Part shown: piece by piece, positions 28,853 to 43,800 of the stretch
Numbering within the stretch: position 1 is the stretch's first letter
Layout of the letters: the number at the start of each line of letters is the position of its first letter
Origin: Tubiluchus corallicola
Lineage: Eukaryota; Animalia; Priapulida
Direction: 5' to 3'
Length of the DNA: 64,000 nt
Assembly (NCBI GenBank): GCA_030141605.1
Contig: JAQGDQ010000120.1
Span: forward strand, 522,630-586,629
Notes under the pieces: model-generated
Told to the model about the DNA's origin: nothing
Databases searched by the model: none
What the model saw: the letters and a program-made list of their open reading frames with translations, nothing else
Translations under genes and position numbers: made by a program

Positions 28853-31800
28853 CTAAAAAAAGACAGCATAATGCATCTCTGCAACAGTACAGTTTATTAT
28901 CAGTGGTGAAAGTGAAACTGAAGCCTAACTAGTGAAAGATGCTTGACATATATAGACGCTAGAAATTTACTTCTAATATCTGTTAACAAAAGCATTAAAA
29001 TATCACTACTGAACCTTAGGTCGGCTAATTTTTGTCATTCAACAATAATCATAAATGTTTCAGTTAGCTTTTGTCTACCACTTCACTGATTTTTAAGAGA
29101 GCTACAGAGCACACAAACAGATACTTAATAAAGTATTTCTCGTGTGAGTGTCACTGATGCAACATCCAAATCTGCAAGAGAACAACAATAACAAAAAAAG
29201 TGAATCACATACAATGAAATGAAGTCAGTTAAAACATACTTTATTCAGTCTTGTTAATGTAACACTAAGTGTGTATTCTTGGTCAGCATGTACGGGCAAC
29301 CAATGCTGATTAACATGTGACCGGCTAGGTTCTTTGGGAACAGAAACCTCGTCCTGTTGCTGACTATTTTGCCACCAGCCTCTGATGTTCATGTTGACGT
29401 CGAGAACGGGAAAATGCTGCAGAACTTGGTATATCTAAAAACAGTCGCCATTACCACATTAACATCACAAGACTTTCCAAACAATTATTGATTCGAAAAC
29501 TGTTTCAGAGAAACATGTTGAAACGAAATGCACACAAGAGTTTCAATTAGGCTAATCTCAGTTCAGCTTACCAGTTAAACTTTTAGCGGCATTCACAAGT
29601 GGCTAAGGGATACTTTTCAACACATTTCTAAATACACTGTTTAGTTTAAATAGCTTCAAGGTATTAGGAACTACTAAATTTTTACTCTTTACAAGTATTT
29701 CTAATACTAGTCTTACATCGCCGGTTACATCTTACGACAGGTTTTACTACAATAGTAGCCTGTATAACTTAAGTCGGTCACTTAAGAAACAAGATGTCAT
29801 GTTAATGCAACTCGTGTGTCACTTAAACCATTTACTCATGTACATTTGTAAATTTAGCTTTTGTATGACAATCAATTGAAACTAAAAACTGGCACAGTTT
29901 GGTAACATAACCCATATATTCTGGCCACAGATAGCAATGGCTAAAATGAGTACCTGATCAATCTGATTTGGGTCCATATCATCTTTCAGCATGTTGAAAA
30001 GTACATTATGTTTTCCACACACTGTGGACATTACTTCAGGCAAAGCTTCTAGTTTTGCATTTTTCAGCCTGAAAAAAGAAAATTTGACTTGCAGTTAAAA
30101 GGACTGTGTTGTGTGTTTTGTAGCCTGAATTGCATTAGGCATGAGTTACTTTACACAATAATTCAGTGGAAAATGCAGTTTGAAACTAAATAAATATAAA
30201 TAAACCATATTGAACTTAATGAAATAATTACATAAATTAAAAGGTCAATAAGTTGAAACATTTTTCATTTCCTTTGGCTAATGCACTTTTAAGACTGTTT
30301 TAGCAAGCAACTGATAGCTACTTATGCCTATGTTATATTATTGGTCAGTTAGACAAAGACGGAAAGAGGAGTTACTTTTATACAGTCGAAAGGCAAAACT
30401 GATACCTTGTGCAGATCACCTTTAAGGTCAAACTGGGAAAGAACATGCTTAATTTTTCACTTTGTGAGAAAAACATATAATCACTTAAGTATTTCAAAAA
30501 ATGAAATATTATCATAATACTTCAGAAAGTTTAGTAAAAATGAAATTGGCAGAAATACTACAAAACTATAATCCCAGAAAAGTGCTTGGCTATAACGTAA
30601 TAAGCAAGCAGAGTTTGCAGCTTTTAACTTCATTTTGTGACCATAGCTTTATGACACAAAAAAACACAGAAAGTGTGTTTAAAAACCACAATGTACACAG
30701 AATATACATAATTTAACAACTAAATGAGATACATACCGAAAGCAATTTAAGTGATACTGTTCAACATGTGGTAAAGTTAACAAAGGATTGCTAGTAATCC
30801 AACATCCTTGCACCACCATCTGCACCATGTGCACCACATTTAGCCCAGCAACCAACCATCCACTATCAGCAGATACATCTAAAAGAGCCTGCAAAATTTT
30901 AAAATGCTACATGTAGGACAAGCATATAATTCACAGAAAAAGACCAATGAAAATCACAGGCAAAAAGTAAACAAAAGTTAATACAAAACCGATAATCTAT
31001 GTTTAAATGTATCTGTAAAATGTACACTCACTTTTATGCTGACAAATAACATAACAGTACGAGTATCATTATTTAATACTGAAAAACCAAATTTTAACAA
31101 TGCAATGGTTGCCTGGCAAAAAGTTCAAGTAGGTGCTCTCATACAAAAAGCTTCATTTCACACACACAAATAAGACATTATACAATAAAAATTCACAAAC
31201 CTAACGCATATGGGAACATGTCCCCATAAATACAGGGCTCGGATTCAAGCAGAGTAAGCCTAATTTATAATAACCAAAAAATATCACAGCACAGGATAGG
31301 TAATTTATGTTTAATTTTGGCAAAACTAAATGTAATTACTTAAGAACTTTTTAACTTCACACATTCACACTTTCATTTAAAAATATGAATTGATTGGTAT
31401 ATACATATAAATCTGCAGAGTCAATTATTTTCAACGTCACTTAAATTTTCTTAAAACATTAAGCTGATCCAGCTAAAATAGTTTAAATAAATTTTTCCAC
31501 ATATGAAAAATAGAGATGAAAGTAACTTATTTGAAAATGAATTTCTTTTTTGAATTATAAACTGAAACAAACAAAGATGTTAAATTTGACATTTAGGACA
31601 ATGCTAGTCGAAAAATGTTGTTACAAAAATAAAATTATAGCCTTCATGAATCAGAAATTATAAACATCAAAAAATATTTTCTACAAAATATCATATCTCA
31701 AAAAAATGTGCTGTTTAGAAGAAAGTTCTTATATCATACCTGGAGAATACGAATTGCTTGATCTAAGACAGACTTGAGATCAGTGTGATAATCGGCACTT

Positions 31801-34800
31801 GGTAATCGCTGTCTGGAAAAATGAGCTTGAAGTAAAAGATTGGTTTTCGTATGCGAACTGTCAAATGAATATGCATTAACCTCAATAGGCAATGTCTTAG
31901 CTAAATCGGCATTGGTTGTATCTTCATTATGGCGGACAGGTAGCTCAGCAAACTCTTGCGCATCTGACAGCATCTCTAGAATGGACGGCAATGTGGCTTC
32001 CGCAGAAAGAGATTCCTTGAACATCCTGACCGTGCTATGGCTAAGATAGTAGTAGGATGCTATTCGGCCCAAAGTCTGTGTAGTGATGGTCCTCTGGTCA
32101 TCAGCAACTTCTATGCAGTATGAGTACTGTAAATTTACAATGGCTCGCTCTACCAGGGATGACAGGAATCGATTGACAGAATCATGGCTTGTATCTTCCA
32201 GATTATAATAGCTGCAGAACAGTAAAAAAATATTGTAACCACTAACTTCAAATAAGCTTTTCAACTGATAGTAAAAAAGTTCTTTTAACCCTTTTCAACT
32301 TTCCTTATTATTATTGGCAAAACAGTCTTCAAACCACTGCACAGCCACTACTAGTGGCTACGTAATTTTTTAACCAGTATTACAAAATCATATCCGCTGT
32401 ACATCTGGTGGTTACTAACTTGCCATTAAGCAAACATATTTTCACTGTAGGCTTGTAGCATTTATTGGCAAATGCGTTTCAACAAAAAGTAAAAAAATAA
32501 AAAAAAACATGCAGGGTAACTATTAAAATAAGCACCACAAAAGTAACCTAGTTATGCATACCTTTTATTTCTGAATCAAACTTCCAAAACTTCCTTTTTT
32601 TATTAAAAGAACTTTGTTATTGTTAACATACTTCATAGGCTTTCTGGGCTTAAGATGGCCTTCTGCACTGTACTTATTCAACCAAGGTGCAACAGCTGCC
32701 TATTTATAATGCCAAGTTTAAACAGCTGTTAGTGCCAATTGCTTTTTACAATGACACCTTATTGAGAAAAGTTGAGTTTATTTTCCTTATATCAATTTCA
32801 ATAATATGGTATGCAAACATACATATTATAATACAATTGATCTCCTCTTTTCAATGTTTTCCAGTGATTTCAAGAAAATAACAATAATATATAATATTTG
32901 TTGTCCACACATGATCCAGCAACAATCTATTTATAACATAATCAAACAAGTTACCTCGGATTAACTAGAAGACGGCGAAAGAAATACGTCCATGTGAGGT
33001 AATCCAATGCATCTTGTTTTGAAGATATTGTTCCAGCAACAATTTCAGCATTAAGATGATCAGCCAAGACATCAAGCAAACTACAAAAAATATATAAGTT
33101 TACAGTGTCATTGTATGCAAAAATGAAATGCGACTTAAACAATCTTGTTACAAACACCTCCCCATAAAGTGACATTTTAAAATGAGTGGTTGATCAGCAC
33201 TTCTGGCAGAGCTTCAATAACTAAGTTGGAATTGTTGGCACAACAGTATAATTCCAAAGTTTAAATATGATTGTTACTTCAGTGGAATGTGTGAAATCGT
33301 CAAACCATAAAGGGATTAGTCACAGTTGCAAGAATGACATAACTGTTGAATAATTTCAGCCATATTATACAAAAACTGAAACGTACAAATTCAATTATAC
33401 CAAGTAAAACAATCACACAGGGAAATTACACTGTCAAGCAAGTAGACTGAATGCTAAACTGAGCTGTATGAGATTATTCCACAAAGCAGCCATCCAAAGC
33501 AAGAACACAAATGAGAACTATGGATAACAGGACCCCCGCTGGTTTTTCTCTTACAACAAACTCAGCATTAGGCACTCTAAGCAAGTATTTTTCTAGGTTT
33601 AATGGGATATAAACGGTTACCATTATGTGCTAAGATTGAGCTTGTTGTGCTGGGAATTGTTGAGCTTAATCATTAAGCGGAGTTCTATGTATCTTAGTAA
33701 TTCCAGCAAATGCACGTAAATAGAAAAACAGGAGCAATTCTATGTAACAAAAAAAATCAATAATTTCTCTGCAAAAATCAGCAACACTACTTAAAAGTTA
33801 ACTGTATTATAAATGCCTTCCATTTTTAAGTGGATAAGTTATATAATTAAATAAATTTAACAACAAACCTTGATTCAACTGGAAATGGTTCATATAAGAA
33901 TTTTTTATAGAAGTGTTTCTTAATATCATGTACTAATATCACAGCTATTCCCTGCTGATCGTACTGTGGACGTCCAGCTCTTCCCATCATTTGTAGCACG
34001 TCAGTAATGGGAAAGTCTACATATCTCCGTGTTTTCCCATCAAAATACTCCGTCCCCTTTACTACGACTAGGTGAGCAGGAAAGTTGACACCCCATGCAA
34101 GTGTACTGGTGGCCACAAGGACCTGTATTTTCTGATTGACAAACAACTCTTCCACAGTTTTTCTGTCACGTTCATGAAGACCGGCATGATGGATTCCGAT
34201 TCCAAATGCTAGCATTAATTTCAGGTTGTTGTCGCGGATGCCGTGTGTCACCTGTTCCATCTAGACATGGACGATAATGTTATATACATGCACACAGCAC
34301 ACAGAAAAATAAAAAATGGCATGACAATGAACAAAGCTGTTGAATATAATGGCTTCAGTAAGCACATTAAGAAAAAATATTTAACAAGATCCAATGAAAT
34401 GTTAAAATGTCAAAAATAATTTACGAGTATAATAATTTGAAAAATTACATATGTGGTGTACCTCTTGGTCTGGCATGTGCAACCACTGTTTTGGATCTGC
34501 CTCGCTTGCAAGATATGCAATCATTTCCAGGGCAGTCACACGAGTCTGCCGCCTAGACGACACAAAGATAAGTGTTGGCTTCTCTGGAGAGTGAGTCTTG
34601 ATAGCCTGATAGGTAGGCTTGTTCATCACAGCCATTCGAGGGCAGTAGTGTTTGCCTGGAAAGCCAGCAATGTGAACTTCTAAGGGCACTGGTCTTACTG
34701 ATGGTCTAAAGTTGTATAATCCCATCTGAAAAAAATGGTGGCACAAATAATGGTTCAATAACTCAAGTGTATAAAAATAAAAAACACTCTAGAGACCGAA

Positions 34801-37800
34801 AAGCAATCATTAACCGTTGCAAATTTAAGAAAACTATAAATTTGTCGAAATTTACTTCCTTGAATTTGCTTGTGTATGTTTAACTGCCTTACCTGTTGGA
34901 TGCCAAGCCAATCAGCAAGATCTCGGGCATTAGCCAATGCAGTAGACAGCCCAACAATGCGTACTTTTTGTCCCGTGTGAGAGGAAATAAAATTAGTCCT
35001 AGAGACAATGACCTCTAATATAGGACCTCTATCAGCACCAAGTAAATGAATCTCATCTATTACTAACAAAAGGACTGACTTTACATAGTTACGGGTCTGC
35101 CAGCTGCGACTAATGCCATCCCACTTCTCCGGGGTTGTCACAATAACATCTGCGGAAGCGATGGCGTGGGAATCGGGTGTCACATCTCCCGTTAATTCCA
35201 CAACTTTCTTGTACAGGGTACGCTCAAATCGGATTTTCCAGTCATCGATGCGCTCCCGGACAATAGCTTTCAAGGGAGCAATGTACACAGCTTTAGCCTT
35301 CGGGTAATTGCGAAAAACGCGAAAGATGGCGAGCTCAGCACCAACTGTTTTACCAGATCCTGTTGGCGCTCCAACCAACACATTGTTGTCAGTATGATAC
35401 AGGCAATGGAATATCTAAAAAAACAAAGAATATAGCTCAGTTATAATGTCTTCTCGAGTACCATTTTTATATAAATGTGAAAAGTAAACAGTCTAAATGA
35501 AGAAGCATACAAGCAAATAAACATGCAAACAGGCCAGTAAATGAACAAACAAGCCCAACAACAAACAAATGAAACAAACAAACATCAGCCATCATGTATT
35601 TTTATCCCTAAACATTTAGCCTAATGCCACACATCTTTAGCTCAGTCATTTAACACTTAACTAATAAAACACCATAACACTTAGACATTTCATTCACTCA
35701 GTAAAGTTTCCATACCAAAAAATAACGATAATTCACAAAGCAACACTAGTACTGTTAGACAATGACCTCAAATTAATGGAAAGAATAAGACTGACGACAT
35801 TTCGAAAATGTAAAAGTTTACCAATAATACCAGGCAAGTTTCACTTACTACAATTATGCAAGTGAATAATTCATATTACCAAACAAATGCACACTTGGCA
35901 ATAATTTTTCTTTTTCTTTTTTGTCTGTGCACACACCTACATTACCTGAGTTTGGATAGGATTGAAATGAGAATACTTGTACAAAACTTCTAGCAAGGGA
36001 TCATTCAGTGCAGAAACCGGCAAAGGTGTCAAATCCAGCAATTCTAAAAACAGTTTAACTAGATGTTGGTGCTTGGAGCAAAAACTGCATCAACAATCTA
36101 CAGATTAATTTTTTAACTGCATACATTACTTCTTCAAAAGATTTACAGTAAGGATTTAAGCAGACATATTCAATCATCTTATCCAGAGGGTTGTCTTAGC
36201 TGGCTGTGACATCTTGAATCACTCCTCATAATAGTCATTAATGGCCCAGCAACAACGAAATGGGCATGCTGCCCTAGGTCAGAACTTAGGCAAATTTTTT
36301 TAGCAATTCATAGGTAAATACCTTCAAAAGTGTTGGCATTCTATGCCAAACACGAATAATTTTATAGTTTATATATAATCATTATTCATTCTGCTTGACA
36401 TCCTTTAGGTGCTGTATCCAGTTACTATAAATGTTGCAACAATTTTGCCATTCAATGTTCGTTTACCTGTATGTGGAGGATGGCGCTCAGGAAGAATCAG
36501 GTGCTGGAAAGAAATCGGCTCAACAGACTCCGAACCTAGCCATCTGTCACTAATTGCACGAATGTAGTACTGAGATGGCAGTGGTTCAAAAATTGGAATA
36601 GTAAACGTTAGAAACTGTGGTTCCTGCTTCACAACCTAAATATATAAAACCCATAGAAATGATCAAGTAAATCAGCTTTGGTAATAAAAAGTTGCATTGT
36701 CAAGCCATGTGTCCAGTCATCTAATTTCAAGCTACTAGTTTTGTTGTGAATTTTAAGAAAAACACAAACACAGAGTAGTAGGTTATTTTGGATCAGAAAC
36801 AGTTGGTAAAAGAAGCACAATAAGCACATGCTAGGAAGTCAGTACTATAAGAGCAAAATTATAATGCTGCCCAACAAAAGCGATGAGCTTTTCCTCTGGC
36901 ACCATTATATACATGCTTTTTTGCTCTTAACAAGTGCCAGCAATTTATGATAATCTACCATGTTAATAGACCTTCCACACACTGTATCACTTTATTTTAA
37001 CACAATTTTCTTCCATTTTTCCTTTAAATTTGACAAGCAGACTTTGCAGTTTGCAGTGCCAGTTACTTCAAATAAGTTCATTGTTCATTAGCTACAGCTA
37101 TATAAGTACTGTTTTTAGGTGATTGTCTATTTAACGAAATTCAGATCAGTGCCAGCAAACCACTTTCAGTATCCAGTTTAAGTAACCTGGAAACTCTACC
37201 TGACAGGGGTTGTAAAAGAAAAGAAGCAGTTACACCGTGCTCAGGCATGATAATTACAACATTTATTTATCGGATAGCACACCTACTAGCATGCTTATAA
37301 AATACCACTGATCAAATGCATATCGTACGATTTTCATTAGCTGTTATGAAACACATGCATACAAACTAAAGTGAAATGGTTAATATCAGAATCAATGATA
37401 TGAACTAATATCGAGCAAATTTTTGCTAATTGGTAAAGTTTCTTTAAGGAAATTCTGTTAATGACATTATCGACAATATTTTGTGTTGATAAAAAGATAG
37501 CAACCTGCTTCTTTGGCAATAAGAAATATTCGGAATGATAAATGTGATTGTTATCAGGATCTTCGACCCAGATCCAGAAAGGTTCAGAGGTGTTGCCATG
37601 AATTCGATCATTCCATCTAGACAGAAATATAAACAAATATGCATTAAACTTATTAACATCTAGACTATCTTAGTTATTTAGTAATATGCCAGGATCAGCA
37701 TATAAGCGATACATTCCTAATATGTAGGTCTGATTCTACATAATATTATACATAATATACGGATAGTGTCTATATAATCTGAGTAGATAACAACTATTTT

Positions 37801-40800
37801 TCTGCAGTTTTATAAGTATTTGTAAAAGCTATTGGTTCTAGCTGTTATGAGGAACCTACAGTATAGCAAAGACTTTTAGGTAATGATTGTGTTATAAGCT
37901 TGTAGGCTAATGGTAAAAACTGTACAAAAAAATTCGAAAGCTGCAAACTTATTCTCACAAATGTCTTGTAAAGACAAAAAGTAATCAAAGTAATCAAACA
38001 CAAGCTGAAGAAAAAAGAAAATTTTCCAGTGTATTATTTAAAATTTATATTTATTTGCATTTGCTAGATTGCATTTGCAGTCAGATCTCAATGCATTTGC
38101 ACACGTCTTCCAGTAAAAAATTGCCTTTGTAAATTTGGTCACATGATCTTCAAAACAAGAGCCAGGGAATGCCCAACATATTAGTAATAGTTGATAATTT
38201 GAAGATTTTCATAATTTGATCTGCACTACTCATTATTAAGTGCATCTAGAAACAGATGCTTAAGGGATGCTTCTTCATCAAATCAACACATTAATAAAAA
38301 ATTCAGATATACAACATCAAAAATACAATTTAGTGTGAGTTTCAGAAATCTGGCATTGAAAAATTGTCACTTCTTATTATGTATTTATGTTAATTCAGAA
38401 AGTTCATAATAGATAAAGTCCTTCTTTAAATAATTTGTACCTAAAATTAGCAGAAACAGCTAGTTGAACACGAAGGACAGTCCTTGTGATGGGTTGAATA
38501 GATGCAGTTAATTCCAGCTGTGGTAGATAATAAGCAAACTTTTTCACTTCAGTTCCCATTCTTACATGATGGATCATGTGACCTAATAAAAATAATACTT
38601 ATTACACAGTAATTACAAAATAAATGTATTCTATATCTCATAAAAGCTGTTTATGCAGTTAGTCAATTTCATCTAAGTAACACAAAAACCTCAAATTAAC
38701 AAAAAATAAACAGGATTATAGACAACATTGTTCCAATAATTCTAGCCTAGCATCTACATTTGAATCACTTGGTAATTCAGTCATAAGTAGCCTTGATGAT
38801 AACCGTACTTCCACACCTAGAAATCTGCAAACAAGTACTGGAGCACCATAAAATACAGATAACAATATTATAATGTAGTAACAATATAAATTAGTTCAGC
38901 TAGTTAATTATTTATTCTAGCTACTTGTTTGTAAGAGTTTGCAACTGAGAAACTGAATTAATAAGCAAAAATATTTGATAATTTAACTGTTTCAAACAGC
39001 AGCCATAAATGTTAGATTCTTTACTACACCAAAGCTAACTAACCAATTTCTTTTGAATCCATCTCTCTTAGTTTATCGATCGTCAGTCGCCGATTTTCGA
39101 CTTTGCTAAGAATTTCCTTGGACAGTTGATCAAACTGCCTTAGTGGATTTTCAAAAGACCACAATTTTCTGTCCATGACCTAAATTGTAAAAAGTGAGTT
39201 TAACCCAAGTCAAGAAAAAAAGCCATGCCGAAATAAAAGTTAGAAAGCCACTACATGATTACAATGGCATATGAGATTCATTTTGTTGTTTTAAACTAGT
39301 CTAGTGGACGTATAATACAAGCAAATTTAGTATTAAATTTTTATGCACAACAAATATCAGAGAACTGGAACTGTGCATCAGTAAATAGACTCAAGTTTTG
39401 CAAATAATCAATAAAATTTATTACGTTCAACATTGTTACCATTCACTTTGACACTTGATGAAAATTTTGTTTAGGTAGCAGACCCCACACATAAGAAAGC
39501 GACATAAATTAATATTTTTCAAAGTGTGTGCCATCATCGTACATTGTACAACTAACCAGCCTACACAAAACCAGCAAAAATAGTACCATTCTCAAGAACT
39601 TTATAATTTAAAATAAGGAGTTTACTTTATTTTAAAAAATTCATTAAACGAAAATCAAGAAACACTAACATTCGGTATGATTAGGCTCTAGCGACACTGT
39701 TAAGTAATGTAAGCTCTAACGACACTGTTAATTAATAGAAGTTATAATACAGTTGCATAAGGCACAGTAACATGTATGGTTATAAAAAGACCAACTTGGC
39801 CAGAATTAAGCTTCACCTGCAAATCTAGGCACTCAAAATTAAAACAGTAGGTGGAATAGATGAGTGGCCACTTGCACATTTAGCAACAAAGGTTAGGCAA
39901 TGCTGGGCTGGCTTAGTAAACATGTGTGACTGTCAGAAAAATCATTTTAGCAGTTTCCATACAACAGCTGAATACTTATCTTGCTGGTGGAGGACGTATA
40001 TATTCAAGCATGATAAAGACACTGCTGTTGGTTTAGTAGCTCACTTTAGAATATTGTCATTAATGACATTCAGTATTGTCAGTGAGATTTAGAATTTCAC
40101 CTTGGAAGATTATTCTTGTTGAAGAGATAGGTTTGAGCCCAGCAATAACCATCAATATAATAAGGTGAGTGTGCTGTCTGGTGCTAGGCACTGGATTACA
40201 GCATGCCAAACTGTATAAAAAATCAGGTTAGCATTACAATTCAAACGTATTTTTACCTTGCTAAAAGTCAGTAGGCGTCCTGCCATAACTGGCCATCCTT
40301 TCGTCAAGCAAAACTCAAATACTGCTCTTATAATTCGAGATCCATTCTGTAATACAAATCAACAAATAAAATATTGTTGCTTTGCTGTCACTTAGACTGG
40401 ACTGTTGATTTGTTAATAATACACAAAGCAAAGAAAAAATGAAATCTCTAAAACCTAAATAAACTAATCATTAAAGAACAAGACATTTCACGGTTAACAA
40501 TATTTTTTCTTATTGCATAACTAACAATTAACCTGTCATCATGACTGCAGGACACCAAAAGGCCTACATGTATAATAGACAAAATTTAAAATAATAGTTC
40601 TTACTGCCAAATGTAGTTGTCGAATATCCTAAGCATCCACTGTCTATCACCTTGTTTAATAAATTACCCCTAACTGCCCAGCATGCAGAGAAGTGCAACA
40701 CAAAGGGATGTGAATCGTACTGGAACAAAATGTTACAGGTTTTCCTATCCATTTTGCTTACATGCAACTAAGACCTACCTGTGCAACATACGAGGCATCG

Positions 40801-43800
40801 GATGTAAGTGAGAAGCTCTCAACACGAGCTCGAGAAACGTGTGTCTGAAGCAGAATGTTAACTTTCCCGTGCGCATTTTCAGATCCACCCATAACAGGTA
40901 GCAAGCACGCTTCCACTTGCAACCTATCCAACTCCTCAAGCTCGTCATCTCTTACTTTTATCTGTTCAAACTCCTGAGCTTTAGAAATCATGGCCAGTAC
41001 ATCAGCTTCAGTCATCGCTTGCCTTAGACCTTCGTTTATCACTTCCACTGTGGCATACTTGATGTAGAAGTGGCTGGCAATTCGACCCAAATCCGTTGAG
41101 TGCAAGTAGCCCGTCGACTCCTCAAATCGGATCATATGGGCAAGATCTAGCTGGCGAGCAGCTGACATAACCAATGCCATTCTGTGCTCAGTTAACTGTG
41201 GGTCATTCTGAAGGGCATGATATGTTATTCCATATACCAGCCAATTTTTTCTCATTCTCACATACAAATATGTATAACTTAGCCACTCAACAGCCTCTTG
41301 CAGATTACTAACTGTACCAAGTGCAATCTCTGCATTCAAATTGTCTGTCAGACTAGATATGAACTGACTCTCAATAGGATTTTGACGAGTCAGCAGCGAT
41401 AAATAGTGAGAAAGTTTCTCATGTGTAGATATGATTGTGCCATGTCCATATTTATCAAACTGTGGCCGGCCAGCTCGGCCAAAGACCTGCATCACATCCA
41501 GCACACCAATATCAATGAAAGTCCCGTGCTTAGCATCATAAATCTGGGTACCCTAAAAGTATAAAGTAAAACCAAAAACATTATAACAAATCTGATAATA
41601 AAAAGGTCAGAACATACTAGCAATTGGATTGTTTGTTTTAACTAAAAAAATTGTTTAAAAAGAATTTGTATCTTGAATTTTGCTGAACGATGTAGTCACA
41701 TCTGCACACATTTTCATGTTAATTTAAAAATGTAGCCATGCTCTCATCCATGTTCCCTTTGGTGTCTAGATGTGTTGTAAAAATGACATTTAGTTATTTT
41801 TAAAAGAAATCTTTTAAAAATAAAAACTTATTGAAAATATAGGCCTACTTGCAACTCAGACACCAATTGTATACTTAGAAATATTTTTTTGCTGTTATAA
41901 ATATCTGGATTGAAAACAGGATCACTGAACACCTTTGTGACATGCAAATCAAAGAGATAATTATACCTTTATAATTACAGCATGAGCTGGCAGATTAATG
42001 CCCCAAGCAAGTGTGGCTGTGCATACTAGAACTTTAATCAGACCATCAGCAAAGTATTTTTCCACGATATTACGATCTTGTCTCAACATGCCAGCATGGT
42101 GGATGCTGAAGCCATCCTGGAATAGATCCCTCAGCTGCTTGTTCCTCGAGCGCATCACCTTCATATACATATTGCACACAATTACTTGTATGACACCAAA
42201 ATGCAAAAAGTATGCAAACAGACGCCAAAATACACAATCCAGCAACGTCGGCCGTGTTAAAATGATCACCCAAATTAGACTACATTAACTTCAAGGGAAA
42301 GATGATACACGGAATTTATCGAAGTGGTCGTGAAGACAACCGCTGCCCTAAAATAGAAATGAGTTCTATTTTGTACGGCGTGTACCGGCTGGCCAAAAGT
42401 GTTTCATCCAATCAGTAATCAGTATTGCAGCATTAGGTCTGACTTTTTCTGCAACTTGTATTGCGACACAATTATAAACACTGAACTAGACCACTAGAAA
42501 AACCATAAGTTTGGTCAGAGAATGGAGTGGTGAATGAATATGTCAGCCTTAGAAGAGCAAGAGTCAACTTTCAAGTTTATAGAAATGATTGAACAAGCAG
42601 CACTTGCCAGACACAAGTTTTCTATATCCAATTCTTAATTTAACTGCGATATCCATATATGGCCTTACTTCACACTGTAGTGACACAAAAATTGAGCTTA
42701 AAAAAGCAGATATTCCACTAAATAACTGATCGCAGAACAAATTTTCATCATAAAACTATATGACACAATCATATAGGAAATTTTGGGGTAATGTGAATAC
42801 CAAAGGTCATGGTCATAGCTCTGCAAACAAAGTTAAACAATGTCAAGGTTGGTCAGTGGATGAAAAATTAAACACATTCGCAATACACGCGCGATTTTCA
42901 GTGTGAAATTCACAAACATCTTCAAAATCTAGTTTTGAGTTCGAATATATATCGCGAATGATCAAAAACACTTTTTCAAGTTGTCGCTTGACATAGAAAT
43001 GATGACAGTTACATTCTATTCACCCGGTCTGTTTATTTTCTAGCACTGGCACTTATAACAGCTCTAGATTTATACCTTACGAAACTGAATAAAATGTACT
43101 TGACCTAACCTTTCTGGAAAGATGTGATCACTCCACCCAATACAGGACGTTAGCACTGCACACCAATTGTGGACACTTGTCACTGTTGAACAACTGTACA
43201 GTGCACACACTATTGTATAGGTTTGATACAATATAGTTAGTGTTTTGAATTTGAAAGGCTAACCCGTGATTGCAGTGAAGATTATTTAATAAAAAACTTT
43301 GAGTTAAAGACAGCAAGTTGCTCAATAGTTCCAAAGACTCGTGTGCAGACATGCACAAAATTCATTTCGCTAAAGGCTATTGTTTTTAAAAGCCAGAAAA
43401 AGCTGGAATCTCTACTTCTGTTTATTACCCGAGCCTGATAATTCCATCCAGGTAGTAAATAACTAGTTTATTACATACTATTTTTATTTGCACTACCGCA
43501 AATGAATGTTTACTGCTACGACAGCACTGCAAACAAGTGAAGAGGTGAATCATAGAATTGTGAATACAAAATTTAATAATTTAAAAAGGAGAGTTTACAA
43601 AATGGTTCAGCATTACTGTCTATTTTTTGTGGTTCTGTTCCCAACAGACATAATTCTACAGTTGTGAATTGTGCAATAATTCAATGTTATTAAAATGACT
43701 CATAAACCAAAGTAATCTTTTTTTTTTGTTTACAAGATAGACAAAGATATTAGCCACATTTATATTAGCCTTAAAATTGAATTCTCCAATCGATTTGGAT

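Noticed and set aside
40020-40150. tRNA/SINE-like box motifs
   Set aside because: No cloverleaf or properly spaced A/B boxes; I recognised no tRNA gene anywhere in the window.
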